From: a virus
Lineage: Duplodnaviria; Caudoviricetes
Strand: one strand, 5' to 3'
Length of the DNA stretch: 64,000 bases
Virus record (IMG/VR): IMGVR_UViG_3300032305_003086
Coordinates: 1-64,000 of that record
The first letter of the stretch is position 1. Each line of letters opens with the position of its first letter. This document shows, in pieces, positions 18,748 through 27,704 of the stretch. The notes beneath the pieces are model-generated. The model searched no databases and was not told the origin of the DNA. It saw only the letters and a program-made list of their open reading frames with translations. The position numbers were made by a program, and so were the translations under genes.

Positions 18748-19260
18748 ATGGCAAGAAATATGGGCTTAGATTTTGGATTGGAGTCCAATTTTTGCGTGAA
18801 AAGAAAGTTTAGATGGCTATTCAGAATACCAGAAGTTTCTGCTGAAGGCGTGAATACTTTGCCTCCAGATAAGGGAGCTAGACCAAGCTTAAGTTTTAAA
18901 GAAGTAGAAGTTCAACACTTAAATGAAGTAATTTATTTTCCAGGAAAGCCCGACTGGAAGCCTATAAATTTGACTTTATATGATATTAAAAAAAATAATA
19001 ATCCAGTAATTGATTGGCTAAACAATCAATATAATCCAGAAAGTGGAAGATGGAGAATTGGATTTGGAGGAGGCCCAGAATTCAAAAAACCAGAGGCCAC
19101 TTTGGAAATGTACGATGGATGCGGAGATATTCTTGAAACTTGGACTTTTGAAAATATTTGGCCTAATAACATAGAATGGGGAGAACTAGACATGTCCGAC
19201 ACCATGTATGTTACCATAGATTTAACACTAAGATATGATCGAGCTTATTATTCTCAGTAA
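18748..19260 (+). CDS. Second tail tube-like protein (gp19 paralogue, possible tube initiator)
   Basis: Clear paralogue of 18092..18670: KRKFRW, PGKPDW, YDGCG, WPNNIEWGELD. Confidence 0.85.
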   Translation: MARNMGLDFGLESNFCVKRKFRWLFRIPEVSAEGVNTLPPDKGARPSLSFKEVEVQHLNEVIYFPGKPDWKPINLTLYDIKKNNNPVIDWLNNQYNPESGRWRIGFGGGPEFKKPEATLEMYDGCGDILETWTFENIWPNNIEWGELDMSDTMYVTIDLTLRYDRAYYSQ

Positions 19261-19488
19261 TTAGTCTAAATCTTTTTTCAACAAATCTTTCATTTCTTCA
19301 AGTTTATCTTCTAACTGTTTAGTTTTTAATTTTAATTTTCGACAAGCTCCACTTTTGTTGAGCCGTCCTTTTTTTGTATAAACTTTATTATCATTTTCTA
19401 ATAAAACTTTTACTATATCTCCATAACCACTTTTAATTAATTTTTGAATTAATTCTTGTCTTTCCATTTCTTCTAGCATATTACTCAT
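19261..19488 (-). CDS. Small basic protein, possibly HTH
   Basis: 75 aa, AAGGA RBS, downstream of the sigma gene. Confidence 0.65.
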   Translation of the reverse strand: MSNMLEEMERQELIQKLIKSGYGDIVKVLLENDNKVYTKKGRLNKSGACRKLKLKTKQLEDKLEEMKDLLKKDLD

Positions 19489-19537
19489 ATTCCTTAATAT
19501 AATATTTTTTTTAAGTTAAATCAATGTTAAGTTAAAC

Positions 19538-20077
19538 TTAATTTCTTTGATTTTCTATAAAAATTTCTTTTCCATTCTTAATCATAGAATGATTATGAAA
19601 AATTTGAACATGTTTTAGATATTTTTTCTTAAGTTCATTGTAATTTCTTGCAGATCTATAGAGCTGTCTAAAGTGATTTAGAATACATGTTGTCATATAA
19701 TTAAATGCTTTTCCTTTTCTAGAATCAAATCTATTTATTTTATCAAAACAAATCATTACTCCCTCTTGGACAGCATCATCTACATCTATTAATTGAAATT
19801 TTGCATATCTAACTATATTTTCAGATAAAGTGAAAAAGGCAAAAGCAAGATTATTTTTAACCTGATCGCATTCATTAGTTATATTTAAATATAACTCTTC
19901 TTTATTTTTTAAATCTAATTTATTTTTAACAAAATCTATTTTTCTTATTTTCTTATTTTCTATAGTGCCCTTAATATCTTCGATTAGTATTTCCAACCTA
20001 GATTTTTCTTTTTTTGAATTTTGAAATTGAACTATTATTTTTTCAAAAAATTTATTATTTAAATATTCACTACTCAT
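19538..20077 (-). CDS. gp55: Phage late-transcription sigma factor (T4 gp55-like, region 2 only)
   Basis: YLNNK, DDAVQEGVMICFDKINRFD and KAFNYMTTC, a gp55-type region-2 signature; no region 4. Confidence 0.8.
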   Translation of the reverse strand: MSSEYLNNKFFEKIIVQFQNSKKEKSRLEILIEDIKGTIENKKIRKIDFVKNKLDLKNKEELYLNITNECDQVKNNLAFAFFTLSENIVRYAKFQLIDVDDAVQEGVMICFDKINRFDSRKGKAFNYMTTCILNHFRQLYRSARNYNELKKKYLKHVQIFHNHSMIKNGKEIFIENQRN

Positions 20078-20930
20078 CTATCTCCTTTTGCCATAGTTTT
20101 ATTCTATCTAAAGCTTGTTTTTTAGCGTCTTCATACCAGGAAATTGCTGTTTGATAATATTCAGGACTGTACAACAATCCCGATGTTATACTTCTGCAGT
20201 GATCGATATTCTCGTCTTTGTTTCGTTGAAAATTATCTTCTTTACCAATTATATTAACTGGAATGTTGTGTTGTCGTAATATAACGTTGCCTAAAATTTC
20301 AGTATCTGGCCAGTTGGGTCTCATTGGATTTGGTTTATAATCAGGTAAATTATATAGAGAAGCAAGTCTTCTCATGCTCCATCCAAAACCTATTTTATCT
20401 AAAGTTTTTAAATAATACATTGATGCAGTGTGAGAAATCATTCCTTTCCAATCAGTATGCTGCCTTGGACTTATTTCATATCCAACAACTGGAAACCTGG
20501 AGTGGTCTTCTAAATGATCTCCACAAATGCCCAACAAATATTCCAAAAAGTTTCGCCTCATCAAGAAAACATCTGCGTGGGTTGCAAACAAATATTTGGT
20601 TCTACATAAGGATTGGGCCAAATCCATTGCCATAGCAACAAAGTCCGATGGGTGCTCTACCCCATTGAGTTTTATCGAATGAACTTCCAAATCTTCATCT
20701 ATTAAATTATTTATTTTTTCAATATTTTCTTTTGTAGAGCCAGTATCTACTACAATTATATATGGTTTGATTGTTTGTAATCTTAATAATTCGACACACA
20801 AAGATAATGACTCATAAGTATCTAAAACTGGAATTACCGCTGTAACTTGGTATTCCCAAGGCTTTATTTTACAAATTCCTTCCCAAGGCTTTTCTTCTAT
20901 TGTCATATTTCTTATTGGCGCAAATTGCAT
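20070..20930 (-). CDS. Glycosyltransferase family 2-like
   Basis: VTAVIPVLD, VVDTGS and HADVF (GT-A fold). Confidence 0.8.
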   Translation of the reverse strand: MQFAPIRNMTIEEKPWEGICKIKPWEYQVTAVIPVLDTYESLSLCVELLRLQTIKPYIIVVDTGSTKENIEKINNLIDEDLEVHSIKLNGVEHPSDFVAMAMDLAQSLCRTKYLFATHADVFLMRRNFLEYLLGICGDHLEDHSRFPVVGYEISPRQHTDWKGMISHTASMYYLKTLDKIGFGWSMRRLASLYNLPDYKPNPMRPNWPDTEILGNVILRQHNIPVNIIGKEDNFQRNKDENIDHCRSITSGLLYSPEYYQTAISWYEDAKKQALDRIKLWQKEIDE

Positions 20931-20982
20931 TTTTAAAACTCCTTATCTTATAAATAAGTAATTTTTTTACTAAATTAAAAAT

Positions 20983-21162
20983 ATGAAATGGGAAAAATCT
21001 ATATTAGCTTTAGTTTCTATATTGGAAAATCCATTAGTTGAGAACGGCTATAGAGAACTTAAAAAGTATTATGAATTAAATAATATGAATTATGAAGTAG
21101 AATGCATAGATTTTTTAATAAAAGAAAAATTTAAAAATGCTCACAACGCAGATATTAGTTGA
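20983..21162 (+). CDS. Small hypothetical protein (59 aa)
   Basis: MKWEKSILALVSILENPLVENGYRELKKYY...; not in the ORF track; overlaps the start of the next gene. Confidence 0.55.
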   Translation: MKWEKSILALVSILENPLVENGYRELKKYYELNNMNYEVECIDFLIKEKFKNAHNADIS

Positions 21163-22057
21163 AAATAATGAAAAAACAATAAAAAATACTTTAGATTCAT
21201 TGGTAAAATTGAAATCTAAAGTAATTATTGGAGATATGGGATCTTCGGACAATACTATTAAAATTTGTAAAGAATTTGAATTAGAAATAGTAGATGTGTC
21301 AAAACAAAAAAATTATTCAAAAATTCGAAACCAATTAATAAAAGAAGGACTCAATTTTTATATTAATCCTTGGGAAACTTTAGAGCAAGGAGAAGATTTT
21401 TTAAGTCAAATAAATGAAACCACAAATGTTTATGTTTTTCAAAATGATGTTATATCCAAAGAAATAAGAATTTGGAAAAATGAACAATTTAAGAATCCAG
21501 TTTATGAAACAATAATAAATAAAAATGCTGTTATTAGTGACAAAATAATCATATCTTCTAAAAAAATTAATAATGATATAGAAGAAAAACTAAAATTAGT
21601 AAAAGATTGGATGAAAGATAGGCCTTTAGACCTTGAGCCTTATTACTATCTAGCTTCTTGTTATTTGTCTTTAAGAGATTATAAAAAATTTCTATTTTAT
21701 GCAAATGAATACTGCAACAGAGAGAATAAAATAAATAATTCGCTAATTATGATGAAATATTATATGGCACAAGTAAAACTTCACACACACCAGATAAAAG
21801 AAGCCGCAGAACTAACTCTCACTTGTATATCTTACTTGCCTTCTTATGCCGAATTTTGGTGTCTATTAGGAGATATATTTTATCATCAAAAAAAATGGGA
21901 AAAATCAAAATGTTTTTATGAAAACGCAATGACAATAGGAAAAAAAAGAAAAAACAAAGATGAAATGCCAATAGAAATTAGAAAATACAAACAATACCCA
22001 GAGTCAATGATAAAAAATATTGACATAATCAAAAACAACATATCAATTATGGGCTAA
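21137..22057 (+). CDS. GT2-like domain plus TPR protein (catalytic motif degenerate)
   Basis: NNEKTIKNTLDS, IGDMGSSDNT, YSKIRN, then TPRs (AEFWCLLGDIFY); DxD replaced by NPWE. Confidence 0.75.
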   Translation: MLTTQILVENNEKTIKNTLDSLVKLKSKVIIGDMGSSDNTIKICKEFELEIVDVSKQKNYSKIRNQLIKEGLNFYINPWETLEQGEDFLSQINETTNVYVFQNDVISKEIRIWKNEQFKNPVYETIINKNAVISDKIIISSKKINNDIEEKLKLVKDWMKDRPLDLEPYYYLASCYLSLRDYKKFLFYANEYCNRENKINNSLIMMKYYMAQVKLHTHQIKEAAELTLTCISYLPSYAEFWCLLGDIFYHQKKWEKSKCFYENAMTIGKKRKNKDEMPIEIRKYKQYPESMIKNIDIIKNNISIMG

Positions 22058-22434
22058 AAAACTATATCTAATTCATTAATTACAACAGTGATTTGATCTT
22101 CATACCTAGCGATATCTAGCTGCTTTCTGCCTGGGCCTAGCTTTCTCAATTCTTTTTCAAGATCATTAATGCTACAATTAATTACAGTCCATTGGTTATC
22201 GGCAAGTTTTTTAATTTCTTCATCAAGGTTAGTTATATCAGAATTTGGATAATATTTTTCCAGTTGTTCTTTACATTCTTTTAATATTTTTTTGTATAAA
22301 GGAACATGACAAGGACACCCTGGATTATTTAAAAATTCATTGACTTCTTTATCTAAACTTTTAGGTAAAGATAATCTAAATCTAGAATCTTTTAGTGCGG
22401 ACTTGACTTCCATTAGACTAATTTTTTTATTCAT
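22054..22434 (-). CDS. Hypothetical protein
   Basis: 126 aa with NPGCPCH motif; part of an overlapping operon. Confidence 0.7.
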   Translation of the reverse strand: MNKKISLMEVKSALKDSRFRLSLPKSLDKEVNEFLNNPGCPCHVPLYKKILKECKEQLEKYYPNSDITNLDEEIKKLADNQWTVINCSINDLEKELRKLGPGRKQLDIARYEDQITVVINELDIVF

Positions 22435-22721
22435 ATTTCTTCCTTAGTAATTTCTTGTTGCTTGCCTATTTCTTCGATCCATTTTTTATATTCCTCTAAA
22501 TGTTTTTCTTTATTTTCTTTAATTTCTAATTCTTTTTGTGGATCTGGAGCCTGTTTCGAGGTTATCAATCTTCCACAAGAAGGACATTTGAATTTTTTAT
22601 TTTTACTTTCAGAAGGAACTTCATTTAATTTTAATTTAGAAAAATCTTTTGCTACTGTTTTCCAGTTGCAATATTCACAATAAATTAAATAAACTTTATT
22701 TGTCTTCATCTTCATTGCCAT
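22431..22721 (-). CDS. Zn-ribbon protein
   Basis: CEYC...CPSC. Confidence 0.7.
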   Translation of the reverse strand: MAMKMKTNKVYLIYCEYCNWKTVAKDFSKLKLNEVPSESKNKKFKCPSCGRLITSKQAPDPQKELEIKENKEKHLEEYKKWIEEIGKQQEITKEEI

Positions 22722-23028
22722 CTATATTTATTATGCTTTGAGCTTCAAGATAATTCAAATAAGTAGCGGCCCAAGTTGAAATAAAACTACCAGCCATGCC
22801 ACATAAAAAGATAACAAGGGGTTCTTTGCTAATTAAAACGAACCCACAGAAAAAACCAACCCAAGTTCCACAACATTGATAGCAAGAAAATAATTTATTC
22901 AACCAAGAAAAACAATATTTTTCAATAAGATCTCTAAAAGGCTTGGCAATAGTGGCTGGGTCTACAATTATATGCGTAAATCCAATAACAGATAAAGCAA
23001 ATAAAATCAAAGATGCAAAAGAAATCAT
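22696..23028 (-). CDS. Small membrane protein with CxxC (DUF1360-like)
   Basis: Hydrophobic helices and LFSCYQCCGTWVG; likely start at 23028 after GGAG. Confidence 0.65.
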   Translation of the reverse strand: MISFASLILFALSVIGFTHIIVDPATIAKPFRDLIEKYCFSWLNKLFSCYQCCGTWVGFFCGFVLISKEPLVIFLCGMAGSFISTWAATYLNYLEAQSIINIDGNEDEDK

Positions 23029-23029
23029 T

Positions 23030-23407
23030 TTATCTCCAAAAAGTAATATAAATTTTGTCTTTAGTTCTATATGTTCCAAAATAAGAATACAAAGGATTTT
23101 CCGCTTCTATTAAATTTAGTTCTAATTCAGCGTTTTCTATTGGAAGTTCTATATTTTGAACTACATGATAGTCCAACTTATCAATAGTAATTGTGGTTCC
23201 CAAATGCTTCGATATTATAATTTCATGTTCTTTTTTAGCTTTATTTAAAAAATCTAAAATAGATTTTTTTCCCATTGCTTTTAAAACAGGACTTATTCTG
23301 CTCAGTCTCCATTGTTCTCTCAGATATCGTAAGTCGGGTAAATCTCGCCATATTTCATCGTTTTGAAAAATAATTTGCTCAACATTTTGAATATTTATTC
23401 GAACCAT
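23030..23407 (-). CDS. Hypothetical protein
   Basis: Likely start MVRINIQ at 23407. Confidence 0.65.
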   Translation of the reverse strand: MVRINIQNVEQIIFQNDEIWRDLPDLRYLREQWRLSRISPVLKAMGKKSILDFLNKAKKEHEIIISKHLGTTITIDKLDYHVVQNIELPIENAELELNLIEAENPLYSYFGTYRTKDKIYITFWR

Positions 23408-23454
23408 ACTCTTATAATAATAACAAATTTGCAAAATAATACAAGGAGAAAAAA

Positions 23455-24504
23455 ATGGCAGATGAAACTTTCAGACCCCAAAAGAAACAAATTTCAGCCG
23501 AAGAAATAACTCAAGAAGATGTTGTTCAAGATATTGAAAAGGAATTGCAAAATCCGCAGGGCGAAGGTTCTGTTAAAGTAACAGGCAGAATACCAGAGGC
23601 TTTCAAGAATGCATTAGCCTCTCAAAGAATGGGTAAAACAAAAGAGCCAACTAAAGCAGCAAAACCAAGTGAAATGAGGGTGACTGGGAGCAGTAAGCTA
23701 GAAGAGTTAATTGCTGGAATAAACTCCAAGGGGAGTCTAGTTTATGAAAAAGTAGAGCTTCCTTCAAAGGGAAAATTTTATCATGAAGATGATGGTCCTA
23801 CAAATGGAATAATTCACATAAGACCAATGACCGGAGAAGAAGAAGAAATTCTTGCAACGCCAAGATTCGTTAAAAAAGGCCAAGCAATAAATATGATTTT
23901 CAATCGTTGTATGCAAGAAAATTATGACTCAGCAAATTTTTTAACTCAAGATAGAACTTATTTATTGATTTATCTAAGAGGCATATCATACACGCCAGAA
24001 TATGATGTAGAAGTAAAAGACCCAGAGTCAGATCAAACTTTTGCAACAACAATTAATTTAAATGATCTTTATGTTAATTACTGCAGTGAAGATTATTCGA
24101 AAGAAAATTTAGAAGACGTTCTGCCTGTAACTGGTTATAGATTTAAGTACAAGCTTGCTACCGGAAAAGACGAGCAATCTGTACAGGATTACAGAGAACG
24201 AAGAGCTAAGAACTTTGATCTATCAGGACAAGCAGACGATACTCTTCTTTATCGAACAGCTTATTTGTTAGAAGAAATCGAAGGGCTAAATAATAAAATA
24301 GAAATTCAAACTCTATTGAAAAAGTTGCCAATTCAAGATGTGGCTTATCTTAGAACTGTTGTTAATGATCCGCCATTTGGAGTGGAAACAAAAATTTCAG
24401 TCAATAATCCTTACACATTAAATGATTTCGAAATTGAATTGCCACTAGAAGCAAATTTTTTCTTCCCACGGGCGAAGCGAAAGACTTCAGCGACTCAAGC
24501 CTAA
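23455..24504 (+). CDS. gp26: Baseplate hub assembly / tail assembly chaperone (T4 gp26-like)
   Basis: VELPSKG, IRPMTGEEEEIL, DRTYLLIYLRGIS and terminal LEANFF. Confidence 0.8.
   Translation: MADETFRPQKKQISAEEITQEDVVQDIEKELQNPQGEGSVKVTGRIPEAFKNALASQRMGKTKEPTKAAKPSEMRVTGSSKLEELIAGINSKGSLVYEKVELPSKGKFYHEDDGPTNGIIHIRPMTGEEEEILATPRFVKKGQAINMIFNRCMQENYDSANFLTQDRTYLLIYLRGISYTPEYDVEVKDPESDQTFATTINLNDLYVNYCSEDYSKENLEDVLPVTGYRFKYKLATGKDEQSVQDYRERRAKNFDLSGQADDTLLYRTAYLLEEIEGLNNKIEIQTLLKKLPIQDVAYLRTVVNDPPFGVETKISVNNPYTLNDFEIELPLEANFFFPRAKRKTSATQA
24453..24462 (+). other. Putative -1 programmed ribosomal frameshift site
   Basis: A AAT TTT TTC holds two overlapping XXXYYYZ heptamers. The -1 frame is open from 24456 into the gp51-like ORF. 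Confidence 0.65.
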
Positions 24505-24521
24505 GTCTGTGGAAGAATCTA

Positions 24522-24686
24522 ATGGAAGAACTTTTTTTCTTCATGTATCACATGAGGCAATCAAGGGAGAATTTCATGTCTTTGCCCATCAATGAAAGAA
24601 AATGGATTATAGATCGATTTATTCAACAAAAAGAAAAAGAGAACGAAGCTATGGAAGCGGCCAGAAAGAAAGCAAAGGTTAAGTAA
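24522..24686 (+). CDS. gp51: Small gp51-like baseplate/tail assembly protein (54 aa), or C-terminal part of a frameshift product
   Basis: MEELFFFMYHMRQSRENFMSLPINERKWIIDRFIQQKEKE; the MxLPxxER motif directly after the gp26-like gene; not in the ORF track. Confidence 0.7.
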   Translation: MEELFFFMYHMRQSRENFMSLPINERKWIIDRFIQQKEKENEAMEAARKKAKVK

Positions 24687-24691
24687 AAAAT

Positions 24692-25429
24692 ATGTCTAAA
24701 GAAAGAAATCAAAATATAGTTGCAGGAGATAATTTAAATCTAAGATTATTCACCTATAACTCCAACCAAAGACAGAATGTCTTGAGTGTAGATAAAGTAG
24801 AAATTTATTATTTAGATAATAGTTGCATAACTCAAGATAATCCAGAAGGAAAAAGATTAGTTCAATTATTAGAAGAGCCAGATATAAATTTAATTAGTGA
24901 AGGTCAATATTCAATAAATATTGAAGTAGAAGATCAAAAATATGTAATTGGAAAGTATTTAGATGTTTGGTATGTTAATTTTGACTCCCAACAATCTGGC
25001 TCTGTGACCAATGAATTTAGTGTAACTCCAGATCTTTGGTTTGCTTCTGACCTTCCTATTATTTATGATTTTTCTTTTGGCTTTAGACCAAATAGAATCA
25101 GATATGGTGAAAAAAGATGGATTAATATTGAAATTACACCAAATGTTCCAAATATATCTGAGCTTAGAAGATACTATGCAAATTTATCAGTTTCTTCTCC
25201 TCTAAGAATTTGGGTAGAAAAAATCTGTGGGGATTGTTTGCCAAAAGAAAAAGATCTTAGAATTGTTGTAGAAGGCGATTTAGTAGAACACAGAAGAGGA
25301 ACAGAAGGAAGTTATTTTATAAATACAGAACTATTAAATATGGAATGCGGAATGTATAATGTTTGGTTCGAAATGGAATTTGGGGAAAATAAATATATTT
25401 CAGACAATCTTCAACTACAAGTATTTTAA
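24692..25429 (+). CDS. Putative structural protein with two Ig-like beta domains
   Basis: Two GxY-x-VW repeats (GKYLDVW, GMYNVW). Confidence 0.6.
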   Translation: MSKERNQNIVAGDNLNLRLFTYNSNQRQNVLSVDKVEIYYLDNSCITQDNPEGKRLVQLLEEPDINLISEGQYSINIEVEDQKYVIGKYLDVWYVNFDSQQSGSVTNEFSVTPDLWFASDLPIIYDFSFGFRPNRIRYGEKRWINIEITPNVPNISELRRYYANLSVSSPLRIWVEKICGDCLPKEKDLRIVVEGDLVEHRRGTEGSYFINTELLNMECGMYNVWFEMEFGENKYISDNLQLQVF

Positions 25430-25456
25430 TGTTTACACACAACTAGCTTTGGCGGC

Positions 25457-25795
25457 TCATTCCCAATATCCATCTGGGTAATTATTATTGTATATCTCAA
25501 ATTTTACATATACAATGTAATCATCAACTATCTCATAATTATTGACCTTCATGGCTCTTACATAAGCAACAAGAGGATTCCACCATTCTATGTATTCTTT
25601 TAAATTAACTTGGTAGGATCTTTCTTCCTCTTGTTCCACAAAAAACCAAGTGTCAGTATCCGCTTCTTGGGGTATTTTTATGTTAGACTTTCTAGTCAAC
25701 CAGTGATGAAAGCTTTCTTTATCTATAAACCAACAATCATACATTTCTTGTATAGTTAAATCTATTATTTCAGCATTATTTATTTGAATTTTCAT
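25457..25795 (-). CDS. Hypothetical protein
   Basis: 112 aa, AAGGT RBS. Confidence 0.65.
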   Translation of the reverse strand: MKIQINNAEIIDLTIQEMYDCWFIDKESFHHWLTRKSNIKIPQEADTDTWFFVEQEEERSYQVNLKEYIEWWNPLVAYVRAMKVNNYEIVDDYIVYVKFEIYNNNYPDGYWE

Positions 25796-25894
25796 TTAAT
25801 GTTACCTTTTAATATTGTGTCAATTATTAGCCGCCGAACAAAGATACAAATCTAGAGATAGTTTTGTATACATGTCTCCAATGAATAATATTTT

Positions 25895-26107
25895 TCATGC
25901 CTCTCTAAGCACTATTTCTTCTGAGAACGTAGAGATAACAATAGTATGAATATCTTGTGTTAGATTTAAGTCAGATAACGTATACCAGATATAGTCCACA
26001 GAATTTTCGTACGGAATCTCAAAAGGTATTAGTGCTACTTCTATGTCCCAAGAATTATCTTTTTTAATACGGTAATATTCTACTTTTCTAAGTTCTGATA
26101 TTGACAT
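25895..26107 (-). CDS. Hypothetical protein
   Basis: 70-aa ORF. Confidence 0.5.
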   Translation of the reverse strand: MSISELRKVEYYRIKKDNSWDIEVALIPFEIPYENSVDYIWYTLSDLNLTQDIHTIVISTFSEEIVLREA

Positions 26108-26219
26108 AATGACATAATCCTATTAGTATTGTATTTTTGATATCTTTAAAACTTCTTTTTCATAATAGAGTCAACAGTTCCGCAAGCATTATTGATTTGA
26201 ATTTTCATTTATTTTTTCC

Positions 26220-27053
26220 TTATGTTTCTACAATGATACTATCAACATATATCGGCTCAGAAAAAGATATAAAACCAATTTGAGGATTTTTTATTTTGTT
26301 AAAAAGCATCCTATCTTGATATGGAGCATATCCTTCTTTCACTTTTTTATGTCCTAGTATTGCATATTTTTTAATACTAATGTCATTATTATATAAATAA
26401 AAATAACTATTATTGTGTCCGTGAAAAATATAAATATTACTATAGTTTTCTTTTATCTCTATTTTTCTAATATTTTTTTTAATTTTTTGCGTGAATGTTT
26501 TTGTTCTAAATTGATTATTTGTTAGATAGTTTGAAATATTTGACGTTATTATTTTTTTGTTAGGTAAGTGCAATCCATCTTTTGTAATTTTATCGTCATT
26601 TGCATCAAATCTTAAATCAATATGAAAAATATTTTTTTCATTTGTCATATTTATTTTTTCTTGATTATATTTATTACAGTTCATGTGCTCATGCTCTGGT
26701 CTTGGGTTAAAAGGACCAGTTAAAGCAAAAACAAGTATGGAGTCGTAGTAGACAGTGTCAAACCAGTTCTTAATTTCAACTATTGTTTTGCCATTATTCC
26801 ACCCATTTCTATCATGACTTGAGCCTGCAATAAAGTATATTCCTTCATTCAAATTAGGCTTAGATTTTAAAAACATCAAAAACTCATAACATGTTCCTCC
26901 TCCACATGATATGTTTTGAATGTTAAACGAATCATATACCTCAGGAGAATTTTGTTTTAAATCTTTGTGTATATTTTGAAAAAAACATTCTCCAAAAAAA
27001 TACACATTTGATAGGGCTGGGTTTTCAAGAAAATATATTTCGTCTTCAATCAT
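26220..27053 (-). CDS. SGNH/GDSL hydrolase-like protein, degenerate
   Basis: YFFGECF (GDS-like block), ISCGG, GSSHD and DGLHL. Confidence 0.5.
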   Translation of the reverse strand: MIEDEIYFLENPALSNVYFFGECFFQNIHKDLKQNSPEVYDSFNIQNISCGGGTCYEFLMFLKSKPNLNEGIYFIAGSSHDRNGWNNGKTIVEIKNWFDTVYYDSILVFALTGPFNPRPEHEHMNCNKYNQEKINMTNEKNIFHIDLRFDANDDKITKDGLHLPNKKIITSNISNYLTNNQFRTKTFTQKIKKNIRKIEIKENYSNIYIFHGHNNSYFYLYNNDISIKKYAILGHKKVKEGYAPYQDRMLFNKIKNPQIGFISFSEPIYVDSIIVET

Positions 27054-27071
27054 TTTTAAACCTATCTATTT

Positions 27072-27704
27072 TTAAGGCCAAGATTTGTTCTTGTGACACC
27101 AAGAAAAGTTTTGTATCTCAAGAAACTCTGCTAATTTCTCACCACTATCTAGTTCAATATTAAACAATAAAAAATTGTCTTTGTTTTTAAAAAAATCTAT
27201 CATATTGTTCTTATGTTGAAGATACCAATGTTCAAGTTCATCATCAGTTTTCCCTTTACCTTTTGGTAGGCCAGGAATGTCCAGTCTAATTATTCTTTCA
27301 ATTAGAGATTGACCCTTTTGTCTAATTGGTCCTGTGCTTATGTTCCATCTATATAATGACCTTAGCCAATTATCAATATTTCTATCATTAAAAATGAATT
27401 TACTATTAGGATATTGTTGATCCAATAAGGGAATATCTATTAATTGAGGCCAATAGCACCTATCTTTATCTATACAAGTTTCCATTTGCGTGAATGCTTG
27501 ATAATTATTTAATTCAGATAATAGCGGTTTGCTTTGATATTTAGATTTTTGAATACTAATACCAACAATAATCTCATTTAGAGTCTTTATGGGAAGAAAA
27601 TCATCCGTTGACCAGTGGATAGAGGGTATTCTCGCTAAAGTCAAAGATGTGTACATTGATGTTGTACCACTTTTGGGAAAACCTATGACAAAAATTTTAT
27701 TCAT
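27072..27704 (-). CDS. Sulfotransferase family protein
   Basis: KIFVIGFPKSGTTS PAPS-binding loop, YPNSKFI and WLRS; start at 27704. Confidence 0.85.
   Translation of the reverse strand: MNKIFVIGFPKSGTTSMYTSLTLARIPSIHWSTDDFLPIKTLNEIIVGISIQKSKYQSKPLLSELNNYQAFTQMETCIDKDRCYWPQLIDIPLLDQQYPNSKFIFNDRNIDNWLRSLYRWNISTGPIRQKGQSLIERIIRLDIPGLPKGKGKTDDELEHWYLQHKNNMIDFFKNKDNFLLFNIELDSGEKLAEFLEIQNFSWCHKNKSWP

Noticed and set aside
25443-25845. Short inverted ggcggct/agccgcc sequences flanking ORF 25457..25795 as mobile-element ends
   Set aside because: Match of only about 7-8 bp, no target-site duplication and no transposase.
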